A stretch of 64,000 bases of DNA. Origin: Escherichia phage ECP2303. The DNA lies in sequence record PP261279.1. The stretch is one strand, 5' to 3'. The notes under the pieces were generated by a model that worked only from the letters and a program-made list of their open reading frames with translations, searched no databases and was not told the origin of the DNA. Shown here piece by piece: positions 19,858 through 29,156 of this stretch (position 1 is the stretch's first letter; each line of letters starts with the position of its first letter). Made by a program: the position numbers and the translations under genes.

Positions 19858-20535
19858 TTAAAAACTGCGTTTGCGTCTTGGGTGGCGAGGAGGTTGATTA
19901 TTTAGACCACTGATAGGTGTAATCCCTTGGACATCGAAAGGGCCGTTACTGTTTTCATTAAATTTAACCCGAATTCCTTCGTCTACACGAACACCCCCAA
20001 TGATAATCATTCTGCTATAAGCATCTAACTCAGAGTCTACATAGTCAGGGTGTGCCAGCAGCCAATCAAGGAAATCTTTCCACTGGGCGTAGGAAGATCC
20101 ACCACGGATCTCTATGGTCTCATCACCTATCTTTTCCAGACGAGAAGTTATACTTGCATTACCGCTGGACACTTCCTGCATCATCAGCCACCGCACAAGC
20201 TGCACAAGCACATTGTACTTAAGCAGTGGTAGCTTATCAGGGTCTGCCGGATAATTTAGTTTCAGCTTCTCCATGTCAAGGAATGTTTTAATTACTCCGT
20301 CAGGGAGTGTTTCCTCATCAATATTGCCAAGCAATAACCTCATAATATCAATAAGAGGTTGGTCTGGATCAGGTTCCGGAGGTACAGGATCTTCTTTTGG
20401 TGGTTCTTCTGGGGTATCGACTACACCATCATGGTTAGGCGGGGACGGGATAATCTCTTCATCTTCATACCATGCCATTTGAAAATACCTCGTAAAAATA
20501 AAGCCCCATTCCTGATTTGGAAGGGGCCTTAACAA
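19858..20535 (-). CDS. hypothetical head-tail connector protein
   Basis: 225-aa acidic ORF downstream of the capsid gene block. Confidence 0.3.
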   Translation of the reverse strand: MLRPLPNQEWGFIFTRYFQMAWYEDEEIIPSPPNHDGVVDTPEEPPKEDPVPPEPDPDQPLIDIMRLLLGNIDEETLPDGVIKTFLDMEKLKLNYPADPDKLPLLKYNVLVQLVRWLMMQEVSSGNASITSRLEKIGDETIEIRGGSSYAQWKDFLDWLLAHPDYVDSELDAYSRMIIIGGVRVDEGIRVKFNENSNGPFDVQGITPISGLNNQPPRHPRRKRSF

Positions 20536-20537
20536 AA

Positions 20538-21392
20538 TTATGCCAGTGCAGCCTCAAAATCTTTCATCATATTTTGGAAAGTTTTTGCCTTACTTAAGGT
20601 AACACCGTACTCTTTAGCAAAGGTTTGGAGTGCATCTTTTGAACCACTTTTGTCATCTTCGTTGTTAAGAGCTGCGGCTTGCTGCAGTATGGCATCAGTA
20701 TCACTGTGAGAAGATCTTGATTCTTGTGCCTGTTCAGGATCCTGCTCAGTACCTTCCGTACCTTCCGGTGCAGTCGGGCCTGGTGATTCCTCGCCGCCAC
20801 CACCAGGTTCAGTAGGGCCTACAGGTGGCTCCGGCTCAGGTTCAGGCTCTGGAGCCACTGTAGAAGTTAGCCCAAGATTTACAACCTGAGAACGTTTCTT
20901 AGGCCACTCAATAGTGAAAGTTTGGGTATCTTCTTCATAAACAATGCTGCATTGCTCATCGTTTATGGTCACTTTTTTAGGCATCCCTACAGGGTCCCAC
21001 AGATGTCCCTCTGCCACGGAAACTTTGAAAGCGGCATCTACCTCTTTAAACACTGACGGAGTGAGTGTGATATTGACATCTCCGCTTTGCAGTGTTAAAG
21101 TGCTTTCATCAAGGTTCTCTGTGAAGAACAGAAGAATAACACCCATACGGATAGTTGAAATACCGGTATCAATTGGCAGGCCTGTATGTTTTGCAATCTT
21201 CTCGAAGAAGTCTACAATAGTTCTGCATGGATAGTGAACACTGCCAATAACGAATTCTGTTGGTGGCAGCAAGGCTGATAAACCAACATTGATTTCTGGG
21301 TTATATTGTGCTAAAAATTGATAGAAACTTAACTGATTGTTGAAAACTCTTAATAGAGGATCATACTCAACTGGATATACGGCTCTCTTCAC
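20538..21392 (-). CDS. hypothetical structural protein with (PE)n linker
   Basis: 284 aa; two domains joined by PEPEPEPEPPVGPTEPGGGGEE linker; first gene after the capsid terminator. Confidence 0.3.
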   Translation of the reverse strand: MKRAVYPVEYDPLLRVFNNQLSFYQFLAQYNPEINVGLSALLPPTEFVIGSVHYPCRTIVDFFEKIAKHTGLPIDTGISTIRMGVILLFFTENLDESTLTLQSGDVNITLTPSVFKEVDAAFKVSVAEGHLWDPVGMPKKVTINDEQCSIVYEEDTQTFTIEWPKKRSQVVNLGLTSTVAPEPEPEPEPPVGPTEPGGGGEESPGPTAPEGTEGTEQDPEQAQESRSSHSDTDAILQQAAALNNEDDKSGSKDALQTFAKEYGVTLSKAKTFQNMMKDFEAALA

Positions 21393-21413
21393 GGGACACT
21401 CCTGTTAAACCCT

Positions 21414-21448
21414 AATAAATAAAAAGGGGAGGGGAGAACCCCCTCCCC
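21414..21448 (-). terminator. Rho-independent terminator after the major capsid gene
   Basis: Minus-strand RNA GGGGAGGGG-guucu-CCCCUCCCC (9-bp GC stem) followed by UUUUUAUUUAUU. Confidence 0.7.
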
Positions 21449-21472
21449 ATATGGGATGAATCACCTTAGTGA

Positions 21473-22483
21473 TTAGCCACCGTTTTTCAGAGTTACTTTA
21501 ACAACCAACTCTGGACGGGTGTTAACTGCCAGCATGGAAGTTTCAGATTCAATCTTCTCTTCACGCAGGTATGCAGAGTGTTTGTACCACATATACAGTT
21601 CCTGTGCTGGAGTGTTTGCTTCGTTAACATCATCTGCCGGAGCAAAGTGCAGCTGGAACATCTGATCAATACCCATCGGCAGAATGCGAGCTTCTTTCTT
21701 AGGAATATTGCCAGAGATATCTTCGATAAAGGTGATACCTTTATGTTCAAACACACGGTATACGCTGTCTTGACCGCCAGCACCAAGACGGCGACGCAGA
21801 GGTTCCTGAGCAGAGCCGTAATAGGTGTATGCCAGTTCTACCAGCGGGTGATGGGTAATAGCACTGAAGAACTCTGGTGAGCACAGAGCTACAATACGAT
21901 AGCCAGCTGCGTTATCACCAGCTTGCAGTGCGATGTGCAGACGAGCTTCTTCCAGAACCTCCATAGGATCCTGATCTGCTTTTGCAGGGTCAATCTCAAC
22001 AGATTTCTGTTCAACACCCCACAGAGTGTAGTAGTCATACTGACAGGTGGTGTCACCAGGTGCATAGGATTTACCCAGAATAGCCTGGAACAGCGCTTTC
22101 TCACGCAGTGCTTCATGAGAAACACGGATACGGCGAACAACGCGGGTTACTACGTCCTGAACAGTTTTCGGAGCATCAGGGGTGAAGTAACGACGGAAGT
22201 TCTGAACATCTGCGGCAGTGATGCCTTTGTCCAGAGGGAAGAACGGGATGTTCAGGTTTTTAACCTGGGCACGTTCACTACCAACGTAGTTACGCTCACC
22301 ACCACGACGGCGTGCCGGAATGTCGGTTACAACTTCATCAACACGCTCGATCTGAGCAATCGTTGAGGTGCCGAGACGGGTTTCGAACAGATCCATACCA
22401 GTAATCAGTCGGAATTGGCGCGGAACAAGTTCCAGAGTAGCACCTAAATCAACAATGCCAAATTCATCTTTACGAGTAATCAT
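21473..22483 (-). CDS. major capsid protein (lambda gpE-like family)
   Basis: 336 aa, size and sequence pattern similar to lambda gpE; preceded by decoration and scaffold genes and followed by a strong terminator. Confidence 0.75.
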   Translation of the reverse strand: MITRKDEFGIVDLGATLELVPRQFRLITGMDLFETRLGTSTIAQIERVDEVVTDIPARRRGGERNYVGSERAQVKNLNIPFFPLDKGITAADVQNFRRYFTPDAPKTVQDVVTRVVRRIRVSHEALREKALFQAILGKSYAPGDTTCQYDYYTLWGVEQKSVEIDPAKADQDPMEVLEEARLHIALQAGDNAAGYRIVALCSPEFFSAITHHPLVELAYTYYGSAQEPLRRRLGAGGQDSVYRVFEHKGITFIEDISGNIPKKEARILPMGIDQMFQLHFAPADDVNEANTPAQELYMWYKHSAYLREEKIESETSMLAVNTRPELVVKVTLKNGG

Positions 22484-22530
22484 TTATTTCTCCAAAGTAA
22501 AACTTAAATATTTCCCGAACAATTTAGGGC

Positions 22531-22920
22531 TTACTCATCACCAAGGGTCTGGACTTGAACCTTGTTACCAAGGGCCTCAAGCTTGTCTAACACAGCCTGT
22601 GCTGCTTTAGCGCCACCAGTTGCCAGCAATTTATCCTTGGCAAAAGTAACACCACGTACAGCAACAACCAGTTTATATTTCTTTGTGCCAAGAGGTTCAG
22701 CGATATGCACTTTACCAGCAGAGTCTGGAATTAAAGCACGATCCACCAGAACGCCGTAAGCGTCTGAACCGTCCTGATTGGCAATGCTACCATCTTTGGT
22801 CACAACCGTGCCAGCGTGGTGATGCTCTGTCAGTGTAATTTCCATCTCTTTAAAATTGTAGCCAGCATCGCTAGAATCAACTTTGCCGAGCACGATATCA
22901 GAATATTGAGCGGTAATCAT
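22531..22920 (-). CDS. head decoration protein (lambda gpD-like)
   Basis: 129 aa directly upstream of the capsid gene; size and Gly/Ala-rich pattern fit gpD-type decoration proteins. Confidence 0.65.
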   Translation of the reverse strand: MITAQYSDIVLGKVDSSDAGYNFKEMEITLTEHHHAGTVVTKDGSIANQDGSDAYGVLVDRALIPDSAGKVHIAEPLGTKKYKLVVAVRGVTFAKDKLLATGGAKAAQAVLDKLEALGNKVQVQTLGDE

Positions 22921-22940
22921 TTATTTCCCCCGTTAATGTC

Positions 22941-23918
22941 TTATTTGGTAGATTCTGCACGTGCACGAGCAAGTGCTTTTGCAACGTTTTCAGCAAGAAT
23001 TTCTTCTGCGGATTTTGCAATATCATCCACAACAGGTTCGCCATCATTACCATGTTCAGTGGTGGCAAACTCTTCTTTGGTTTTATGCACCTCTGCTTCC
23101 AGCTCTTTAATTTTGGCTTGAGCTTTCTCCAGCATAGCTACGATAGGTTCGTTAGCTTTTTCCAGCATGAAGTCAACCAGGGTTGCATGATCTTCTTCAC
23201 CAACAAAGCTTAAAGCTTGAGCTTTAGCCAGCATTTTAGCTTTTTCAACTTCAACCTGGGCCTTGATGATTTCTTCAGCTTTACTCTGGGTTGCTTTCAG
23301 CTCTTCTACTTGCTTCAGCAGATCCAGATACTCTTTAGTTTTGGTTACGTCCACCGGATTCTCCTCGGTATTTGCGGATTTTGCAACATCATCCACCTCG
23401 GTAGTTTTATCCACCTCAGTAGGTTCCTGTACCGCCTTGATCAGGTTCCCTTCTTTATCGAAGAGATCAGCGGTTACTTGTTCAAAAATCTGTTGTGTTT
23501 TTAACAGGCTGTACTGATCTACCACACTAAGCTGCTTGCCTTCTTTTGCAGCTTTATGAATGGTCACGTTATCACAACGCTCTTCCAGCCATGCAATGCA
23601 AGACTCTGCGTCAGCTTGCGCCCATTCCCAATCAGGATGCTCTTTAGCCCAAGCTTCCTCTTCAATCTCAAAACCAAGCATGTGTGCGAGTGCTTTGGCA
23701 TCGTCATACCACATATCGAAGAAACGACGCAGGTATTCTTCAAAACTCAGCTCCACAGTAACTTGGCGAAGTGCCTTAACAATATCGTCTGTTAACTGCT
23801 CAGGCTGAAGATCACTCTTCATCAAAAGAGATACAGGTCTGTTGTTAGCGCTATAGCCTTGAGCCTTATGGCACAGGGCAATCCCCTTCTCTTTAATAGT
23901 GATTGTTTTTTCAGACAT
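22941..23918 (-). CDS. scaffolding protein
   Basis: 325 aa, highly acidic and helical (long KAEE/EVEKAK coiled coil) between protease and decoration genes. Confidence 0.6.
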   Translation of the reverse strand: MSEKTITIKEKGIALCHKAQGYSANNRPVSLLMKSDLQPEQLTDDIVKALRQVTVELSFEEYLRRFFDMWYDDAKALAHMLGFEIEEEAWAKEHPDWEWAQADAESCIAWLEERCDNVTIHKAAKEGKQLSVVDQYSLLKTQQIFEQVTADLFDKEGNLIKAVQEPTEVDKTTEVDDVAKSANTEENPVDVTKTKEYLDLLKQVEELKATQSKAEEIIKAQVEVEKAKMLAKAQALSFVGEEDHATLVDFMLEKANEPIVAMLEKAQAKIKELEAEVHKTKEEFATTEHGNDGEPVVDDIAKSAEEILAENVAKALARARAESTK

Positions 23919-24337
23919 TATTCATTGCCCTCTTCTACAACACTGATCCCGAAATTTACGTTGGTAATTTCGCCCGTCTCTTCATCAACATTGCCTGTTG
24001 CCTGAATGCTTAGGCCACCAACAATGCCAGCCTTCTTAGCTTCCCATAATTCAGGATTATTGTATTTAACTTTAGCAACCCAAGAGCCAGCCTTGATGAC
24101 CTGCTCAGTACCAATTACTACAACATCAAACTCTTCTTGAATCCACGTCTTTTCAATAGTGAAAGCATCTGTAGAGGTCAAGTGGAAAAGGTTTTCAGAA
24201 ACTAGGCCTGCGGCGTATGCTGCGTCCCAATTATCTTTAGCCTTTTTGATGGTGTCTTTACTCATCCACTCACCGTGAGCGTCTTTAGTGTCCGGTTCGT
24301 AGATGATTTCGTAGGAAATCATTTCTTCCTGTGGCAT
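23918..24337 (-). CDS. prohead protease (XkdF-like, putative)
   Basis: YEIIYEPDTKDAHGEWMSKDTIKKAKDNW matches the XkdF-type phage protease core; longest ORF extends to 24493 but overlaps the portal gene by 89 nt, so start assigned to the in-frame ATG at 24337. Confidence 0.45.
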   Translation of the reverse strand: MPQEEMISYEIIYEPDTKDAHGEWMSKDTIKKAKDNWDAAYAAGLVSENLFHLTSTDAFTIEKTWIQEEFDVVVIGTEQVIKAGSWVAKVKYNNPELWEAKKAGIVGGLSIQATGNVDEETGEITNVNFGISVVEEGNE

Positions 24338-24404
24338 CTTATTCCCCATGTGGATTATTTTATCACGCCAAAGGAGGTTTTGCAACCCCCTGTGTTGATA
24401 ATTT

Positions 24405-25961
24405 TTAATTTTCCATGTTGGATATGGAATTATCTCTGGTTGATGACATCTTAGAAGTGCCGTTGCCAGTGGATCCTGCAGCCATACCATCACCAGCCCT
24501 GCTGATATCCTGGCCCAAAAGCTTCATCAGCTCTTCTTGATCCATGTCTTCGTCAAATCTTTCATCAAACCCGCCTACTTCAAGAATCTTATTAATTACT
24601 GTAGGAGTTTTTGGCAAGTAACCTACAGCACCGATCCTCTGGACAAACTTGGAGAAGCTCTCCATGTCCACTTCTTCAATCAGACCAGGTTTCAGTTTAG
24701 GCATATCATCATCTTCAAGGATGATACCATTCAATGCCAGAAGCTGTGGAATAAGATCTTTATTGAAGGCCTCAGTGATAATATCTATATCACGCTGAAC
24801 AAAATGCCCATGGATGGATTGTTTTGACTCAGACAGAGAGAAGGACCCAACGTTATCGTTACCAAGGTTAATAAAGCCAGCACCGAAACGGTCAAGAATC
24901 GCCTTCTTACGGGCATCAATCAAATCTTTAGTGGAATACTGCTTACCCATACCATCAACCCCCTTCAGGGTCATGGAGTAAAGCTCTTTACCAGACTTAT
25001 CTCTATCAGACGGAAGTATAAAGAAACTTTGCTCCCCACTATGGGCGTTTGCTGCGTCCAACATAAGATCTGCAACCATTCTCCCTTCCATCGAATTCGG
25101 GTCAATGCTGGCCTTGTTCAAAATATTGGAAGGAATTTTCAGCTCAAGCACACCACCAAGGTCTTTGGAGCAGCCAACAACCTCAAGGTTTTCAATCAAA
25201 ACTTTCTCACGGAAAGATCTGTAGCAACCTATCATCGGTGACACACCTGCAGGATTAGATTCTGTTCCTGACAGAGTCATGAGCATAAGCTTTTTAGCAG
25301 GGATGAAAATTTCAGGCTCATTAAAGCCTTTTGAAGGCATTGCAGCAAGAGGACCAGCCCAGCGTGCATTCTGCGTGTTTAGAAATGCATTAGGTGATTG
25401 ATAAATACCTGTCAGTGTTCTACTATTCTTGTCAAAGACAAACGGCTCTGATCTGGACAAACTGGCCTGTGGTCGGAACGCAATCTTATCAATAAGAAGC
25501 ATCCCGGCGTATTTACCTTCTTTCTCTCTGCGGTATACTTTCTCAAACAGTGAAAAACCATACTCGTTAAAGGTAGCTGCGCTTCTTGCAATATCTCGAA
25601 GAGTTTGTTGGTTTGCCAAATTACGCAAAGAATACTCTACAAGCTCGGCAGCTTTCTTAGAGTCTTCACTTTTAACATTATAAAGTATCTTAAAATCATT
25701 AAATGCTTTCGTGATGAAAACATATTTTGTATCTAAGGCAGTAGCAACTGTGGAATCACATTTCATAGTTTCCACTGTAGCAATCAGCTGAGGCCAACGC
25801 AATTCCTCAACCATCATAGATTGTGATTCTGCCATAATTTGGGAAAGTGCGCCAGAACCGATCTCACTCATACGAACATTATGAGTTGGTGCGCCTGCGT
25901 TCCCAGATTTATTCACAGTTTTGGCTGTGGCGTTGTGTTTCCTGCGGTTCTTTTTGGACAC
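24405..25961 (-). CDS. portal protein
   Basis: 518 aa directly downstream of the terminase large subunit, basic N-terminus and acidic C-terminus; the call is positional. Confidence 0.7.
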   Translation of the reverse strand: MSKKNRRKHNATAKTVNKSGNAGAPTHNVRMSEIGSGALSQIMAESQSMMVEELRWPQLIATVETMKCDSTVATALDTKYVFITKAFNDFKILYNVKSEDSKKAAELVEYSLRNLANQQTLRDIARSAATFNEYGFSLFEKVYRREKEGKYAGMLLIDKIAFRPQASLSRSEPFVFDKNSRTLTGIYQSPNAFLNTQNARWAGPLAAMPSKGFNEPEIFIPAKKLMLMTLSGTESNPAGVSPMIGCYRSFREKVLIENLEVVGCSKDLGGVLELKIPSNILNKASIDPNSMEGRMVADLMLDAANAHSGEQSFFILPSDRDKSGKELYSMTLKGVDGMGKQYSTKDLIDARKKAILDRFGAGFINLGNDNVGSFSLSESKQSIHGHFVQRDIDIITEAFNKDLIPQLLALNGIILEDDDMPKLKPGLIEEVDMESFSKFVQRIGAVGYLPKTPTVINKILEVGGFDERFDEDMDQEELMKLLGQDISRAGDGMAAGSTGNGTSKMSSTRDNSISNMEN

Positions 25962-26063
25962 AAGCTTTACCCCTCAAAACAGTATAACAAAATAGCCCTC
26001 GTGTCAGAGGGCTAGTATCTCCGATTACTCTATTCTACCACATCTAATTAAGATTGGCAACAC

Positions 26064-27611
26064 TTAGATAAAACGCTTGAACATAGAAGGTGATGAGATT
26101 GATGGAATCACACAAGGCAGCGCTACCTCCTCTTTCTCTAGGAAATTAATCGCAGAAGCTACACAGTCGGCCCAGTCGTCTTTTCTGTTAAATGTTGATC
26201 TTTCCCCGTTGAACTTTTCAAGTTCAGTCAGAAATGCTTCCAGAGTGTCAGGATGGAAACTGGATTTTACAATCCTCACCATTCCTTGTTGGGCAAGATT
26301 GGCAAAAGGTGAGAACCTTGTCAGTTTAGATTTGTTGGAAGGCATTGGATCTTCTTCAACCCTGAACCCTTCGGCGAGCAAGGATCTGGATGAGGTTAAG
26401 AACTCACTCTTACCTGCCTGGCCGGGGTCCACAGAAAATACGATTATGCAATCATCTCCATCAAACTGTGCCTGTTTCCTGATGATCACATCTCGTTCCC
26501 CAGCCTTTTTACAGAACTTGCCTTCCAGACCTGTGGAATACCTACCGTCATCCACGTTCTCAGGACAATAATCTCCGGACAGGTAATAAAAGCCGTCGCT
26601 ATCTTTACTTACCTTAACACTGGCGGTAAAGTCAGGAAATTTATTACCGGAAGTTCTCTCGGTCCCTGCCTTATCCCATGCCCTGCAAGATACTGATCCA
26701 AGAGGTACTCTATCGGCATCCCGAAGGAAAGATCTTTGGAAATAGTTTGCACCCTCAGGTTTGGCAAACCAGTTGCCATGAAGAAGCTGGGCTTTTTCAA
26801 GCTCTGGCAGACCTTCAAGGAAAGCAAGGTATTCTGGGTTGTCTCTCAAGCAGACAGGATTATCGAAAATTGTTGCGCCTATAAACGAGAATGACAACGG
26901 TCTTGGCTTGATCTCCACACCCAGTCCGTTAACCGTGGTGTATTTCTCTATTAACTCTTCTTTAGAGTCTCCCCAAATAAATTCACCGTCGCGTCGGATA
27001 AAATATCTTTTCTTACCACATTTCTCCGGATCTGGATACCCTTCATCGTCCAACCACCACCTAACCAGTTTGGCAAGCATGTGTTCTGAGTCGGGGTTAC
27101 AGCTGATAACCATTCTTGATGGATACTTTGACTGAGATCGCAGACGAGACATCAAATAGTCTATCTGCTCCCATTCGAATTGCGTGCCTTCATCGAAGCA
27201 AACCATGGTGTACTCAAGGCCTTGATGGTTAAGCTTATCTTGGACATACTCCATGTGGCAGTATTTTACAACGGCCCCCTTTTTGCTCCTATCCCACTTG
27301 CCAGTGCTCGGATCAAACCGTGGAAAAATAAACTTATGATCCTTCTCTCTGAACTTTGGTTTAATGTTTTCAGGCAGATCACTGTAAATAGCTACTGCTT
27401 TAGGCCATAGCCCACCCTCACCTTCCAACTGGGGAGTTGTTCTTCGGAACATAACCACAGAGCTGTGCGGGTCATCAATAATTTTAAGCGGCATTAGCTG
27501 CAAGAGGAACGACTTGCCAGACCCAGCTGCACCTCCGATCACCAAAATATCTGCATCGTTCTCTAGGATCATCTTCTGCTTTTCAGAACACGGTCCGTAA
27601 ATCTTAGACAT
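26064..27611 (-). CDS. terminase large subunit
   Basis: Walker A GGAAGSGKS, Walker B-like VCFDEG, C-terminal nuclease-domain acidic motifs (SVDPGQ); 515 aa. Confidence 0.85.
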   Translation of the reverse strand: MSKIYGPCSEKQKMILENDADILVIGGAAGSGKSFLLQLMPLKIIDDPHSSVVMFRRTTPQLEGEGGLWPKAVAIYSDLPENIKPKFREKDHKFIFPRFDPSTGKWDRSKKGAVVKYCHMEYVQDKLNHQGLEYTMVCFDEGTQFEWEQIDYLMSRLRSQSKYPSRMVISCNPDSEHMLAKLVRWWLDDEGYPDPEKCGKKRYFIRRDGEFIWGDSKEELIEKYTTVNGLGVEIKPRPLSFSFIGATIFDNPVCLRDNPEYLAFLEGLPELEKAQLLHGNWFAKPEGANYFQRSFLRDADRVPLGSVSCRAWDKAGTERTSGNKFPDFTASVKVSKDSDGFYYLSGDYCPENVDDGRYSTGLEGKFCKKAGERDVIIRKQAQFDGDDCIIVFSVDPGQAGKSEFLTSSRSLLAEGFRVEEDPMPSNKSKLTRFSPFANLAQQGMVRIVKSSFHPDTLEAFLTELEKFNGERSTFNRKDDWADCVASAINFLEKEEVALPCVIPSISSPSMFKRFI

Positions 27612-27898
27612 TAACCTCTCTCCTTTGGAAACAGTGTTCTTATATAGTCTTGCAAAATGATCAATTTAGCTCTATCATTACTACAAGACAGGTTATTATC
27701 CCTCATAATGCCAGAATTCACCGCATCTGGCGCACCTTTCTTCAAAGGGATAGCTTTAGCAGGTGGTTTCATAGCACCCTCGGGAGGTTTAACAATCAAC
27801 CTTCCTACATTCGGAGGGTCAATCTTGTATTCTCTCTCAACGCTGGTTGCACACCCACACAATAACAAGCACAAAACAACCAGTGCAGTAACTCTCAT
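27611..27898 (-). CDS. o-spanin (Rz1-like outer-membrane lipoprotein)
   Basis: 95 aa; signal peptide with Cys cluster (LLCGC), proline-rich mature part; start overlaps the i-spanin stop. Confidence 0.55.
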   Translation of the reverse strand: MRVTALVVLCLLLCGCATSVEREYKIDPPNVGRLIVKPPEGAMKPPAKAIPLKKGAPDAVNSGIMRDNNLSCSNDRAKLIILQDYIRTLFPKERG

Positions 27899-28293
27899 CG
27901 AACCTCCTGATTGATACTCTCATTATAAATATCTATTAGCTGATCAGGAAGTGTTGACTTCTTACCTTCAGGAGATTGGAGGTAGATAATCTGCTTTTCT
28001 TTACCTGCCTTCTCAGCCATATTTAATTTATCCTGTAGATCAGAAAGAGATTTTTCAAGGTTTTTAACCTCCTCTGCGTGGCCCATTTTAATTTTGTCGG
28101 CCTGCTTTTGTTGTTGGTCAAGGATCCGTTCCCACTTTAACTCTGTTGCTGACACACCTTCTTGATAAGCATCATTGAGCTTAGAGTTAAACCAATACAC
28201 GGCCCCAAGATAAGCCATGCCTATAGCCGCTGCAAAAACTAAACCTTTTATGATCCCTCTGTGTTTACTCATCAATGTTAAAACTGAAATCAT
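27895..28293 (-). CDS. i-spanin (Rz-like)
   Basis: 132 aa; N-terminal transmembrane helix then charged coiled coil; immediately followed by the lipoprotein gene. Confidence 0.55.
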   Translation of the reverse strand: MISVLTLMSKHRGIIKGLVFAAAIGMAYLGAVYWFNSKLNDAYQEGVSATELKWERILDQQQKQADKIKMGHAEEVKNLEKSLSDLQDKLNMAEKAGKEKQIIYLQSPEGKKSTLPDQLIDIYNESINQEVR

Positions 28294-28310
28294 TTTTAAG
28301 GCTCCAGAAA

Positions 28311-28345
28311 CGAAAAAACCCCGCAGCTATACAGCTAACGGGGCG
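28311..28345 (-). terminator. Rho-independent terminator at the early/late boundary
   Basis: Minus-strand GC-rich hairpin (CCCCG...AGCU-guau-AGCU...CGGGG) followed by UUUUUU. Confidence 0.55.
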
Positions 28346-28399
28346 GGTTAAAATTGAGTAACCTAAATAGATCGAAACTAACTAAAAGGAGACTAATAC

Positions 28400-28669
28400 T
28401 TATCGAGGCACTCGGTGGATGATTCTGACAGTAACCGCATTCTCATTCATCAAGTAAGCATCCACATCTCTGTAAATATAAAACTTCTGCTCGCTATCAA
28501 CAACACAAGCTACTGCCCCTTCAGAGTTGTCTTCAAAGAAGACCACAACTGCATCGCAGCTTAGTTCATGATACGACTCTCGAAGATTTACAGCAAGAGG
28601 GTTGAAATCGTCACGAAGATCTAAAGTATGGGTTGGATTTACACGTTCTACAATTTTAAGTGTATACAT
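28400..28669 (-). CDS. hypothetical protein
   Basis: 89-aa ORF downstream of the tRNA cluster with AAGGAA RBS. Confidence 0.4.
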   Translation of the reverse strand: MYTLKIVERVNPTHTLDLRDDFNPLAVNLRESYHELSCDAVVVFFEDNSEGAVACVVDSEQKFYIYRDVDAYLMNENAVTVRIIHRVPR

Positions 28670-28715
28670 TTTAAAGGTTCCTTTTGTGTGTATATATTTA
28701 AAGTATAACTAAAGG

Positions 28716-28792
28716 TGGTCTCCACGGAGTGATTCGAACACTCGACCTCCTGATCCCAAATCAGGCGCTCTACCAAGCTGAGCTACGCGGAG
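28716..28792 (-). tRNA. tRNA-Pro (anticodon UGG)
   Basis: Hand-folded cloverleaf: acceptor with C1-G72, D-arm GCTCAGCTTGGTAGAGC, anticodon loop UUUGGGA, T-arm GAGTG-TTCGAAT-CACTC, CCA encoded. Confidence 0.7.
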
Positions 28793-28803
28793 TATTTATT
28801 ATT

Positions 28804-28878
28804 TGGTGGCCCTGGGTGGAATTGAACCACCGTCTGGCGATTATGAGTCGCTTGCTTGAACCTTCCAGCTACAGGGCC
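28804..28878 (-). tRNA. tRNA-Met (anticodon CAU; initiator-like loop CUCAUAA)
   Basis: Acceptor GGCCCTG/CAGGGCC, anticodon loop CUCAUAA, T-arm GGTGG-TTCAATT-CCACC, CCA encoded; could alternatively be a lysidine-modified Ile tRNA. Confidence 0.6.
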
Positions 28879-28879
28879 A

Positions 28880-28955
28880 TGGTGCTGATGGCAGGACTTG
28901 AACCTGCAACCTATTGATTACAAATCAATTGCACTGACAATTGTGCTACATCAGC
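28880..28955 (-). tRNA. tRNA-Thr (anticodon UGU)
   Basis: Acceptor GCTGATG/CATCAGC, D-stem GCAC/GTGC, anticodon stem ATTGA/TCAAT with loop UUUGUAA, T-arm GCAGG-TTCAAGT-CCTGC, CCA encoded; 1-nt spacer from tRNA-Met. Confidence 0.7.
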
Positions 28956-28959
28956 AAAA

Positions 28960-29058
28960 GGTGCTAGGTGATGGAATCGAACCACCTATGTATTCAACGA
29001 CTACCTCGTCTATTTTCAGGATTAAAAATCCTCGCCCTTGCCAAAGGGCTTACCTAGC
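28960..29058 (-). tRNA. atypical tRNA-like gene (99 nt; Lys-type UUUUUAA anticodon loop; ~30-nt insertion before the T-arm)
   Basis: Perfect 7-bp acceptor (GCTAGGT/ACCTAGC), D-arm GCCC-TTTGGCAA-GGGC, 4-bp anticodon stem AGGA/TCCT with loop UUUUUAA, extra hairpin ACGA-GGTAG-TCGT, T-arm GGTGG-TTCGATT-CCATC; too long for a canonical type I tRNA and not folding as a standard type II. Confidence 0.35.
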
Positions 29059-29156
29059 GCAATATGTTGACCATGTGGCTAGTCGGCGATGACGACTGTA
29101 ACATTTGATAATCCGGTTCTGCTTCCGGCTTTCGCTTAATTACAAGGTCAACAATG

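Noticed and set aside
23918-24493. Full-length 191-aa ORF for the prohead protease.
   Set aside because: Its first 89 nt overlap the portal gene and the N-terminal 50 residues lack the protease motif; an internal ATG at 24337 is a more plausible start, though this is uncertain.
33-27135. Numerous plus-strand ORFs of 60-165 aa lying inside the minus-strand structural genes (for example 33-269, 496-969, 1111-1398, 4765-5262, 13432-13725, 17448-17891).
   Set aside because: Each is antisense to a long co-linear gene with phage-structural features, lacks an RBS, and they overlap one another in different frames; treated as chance ORFs.
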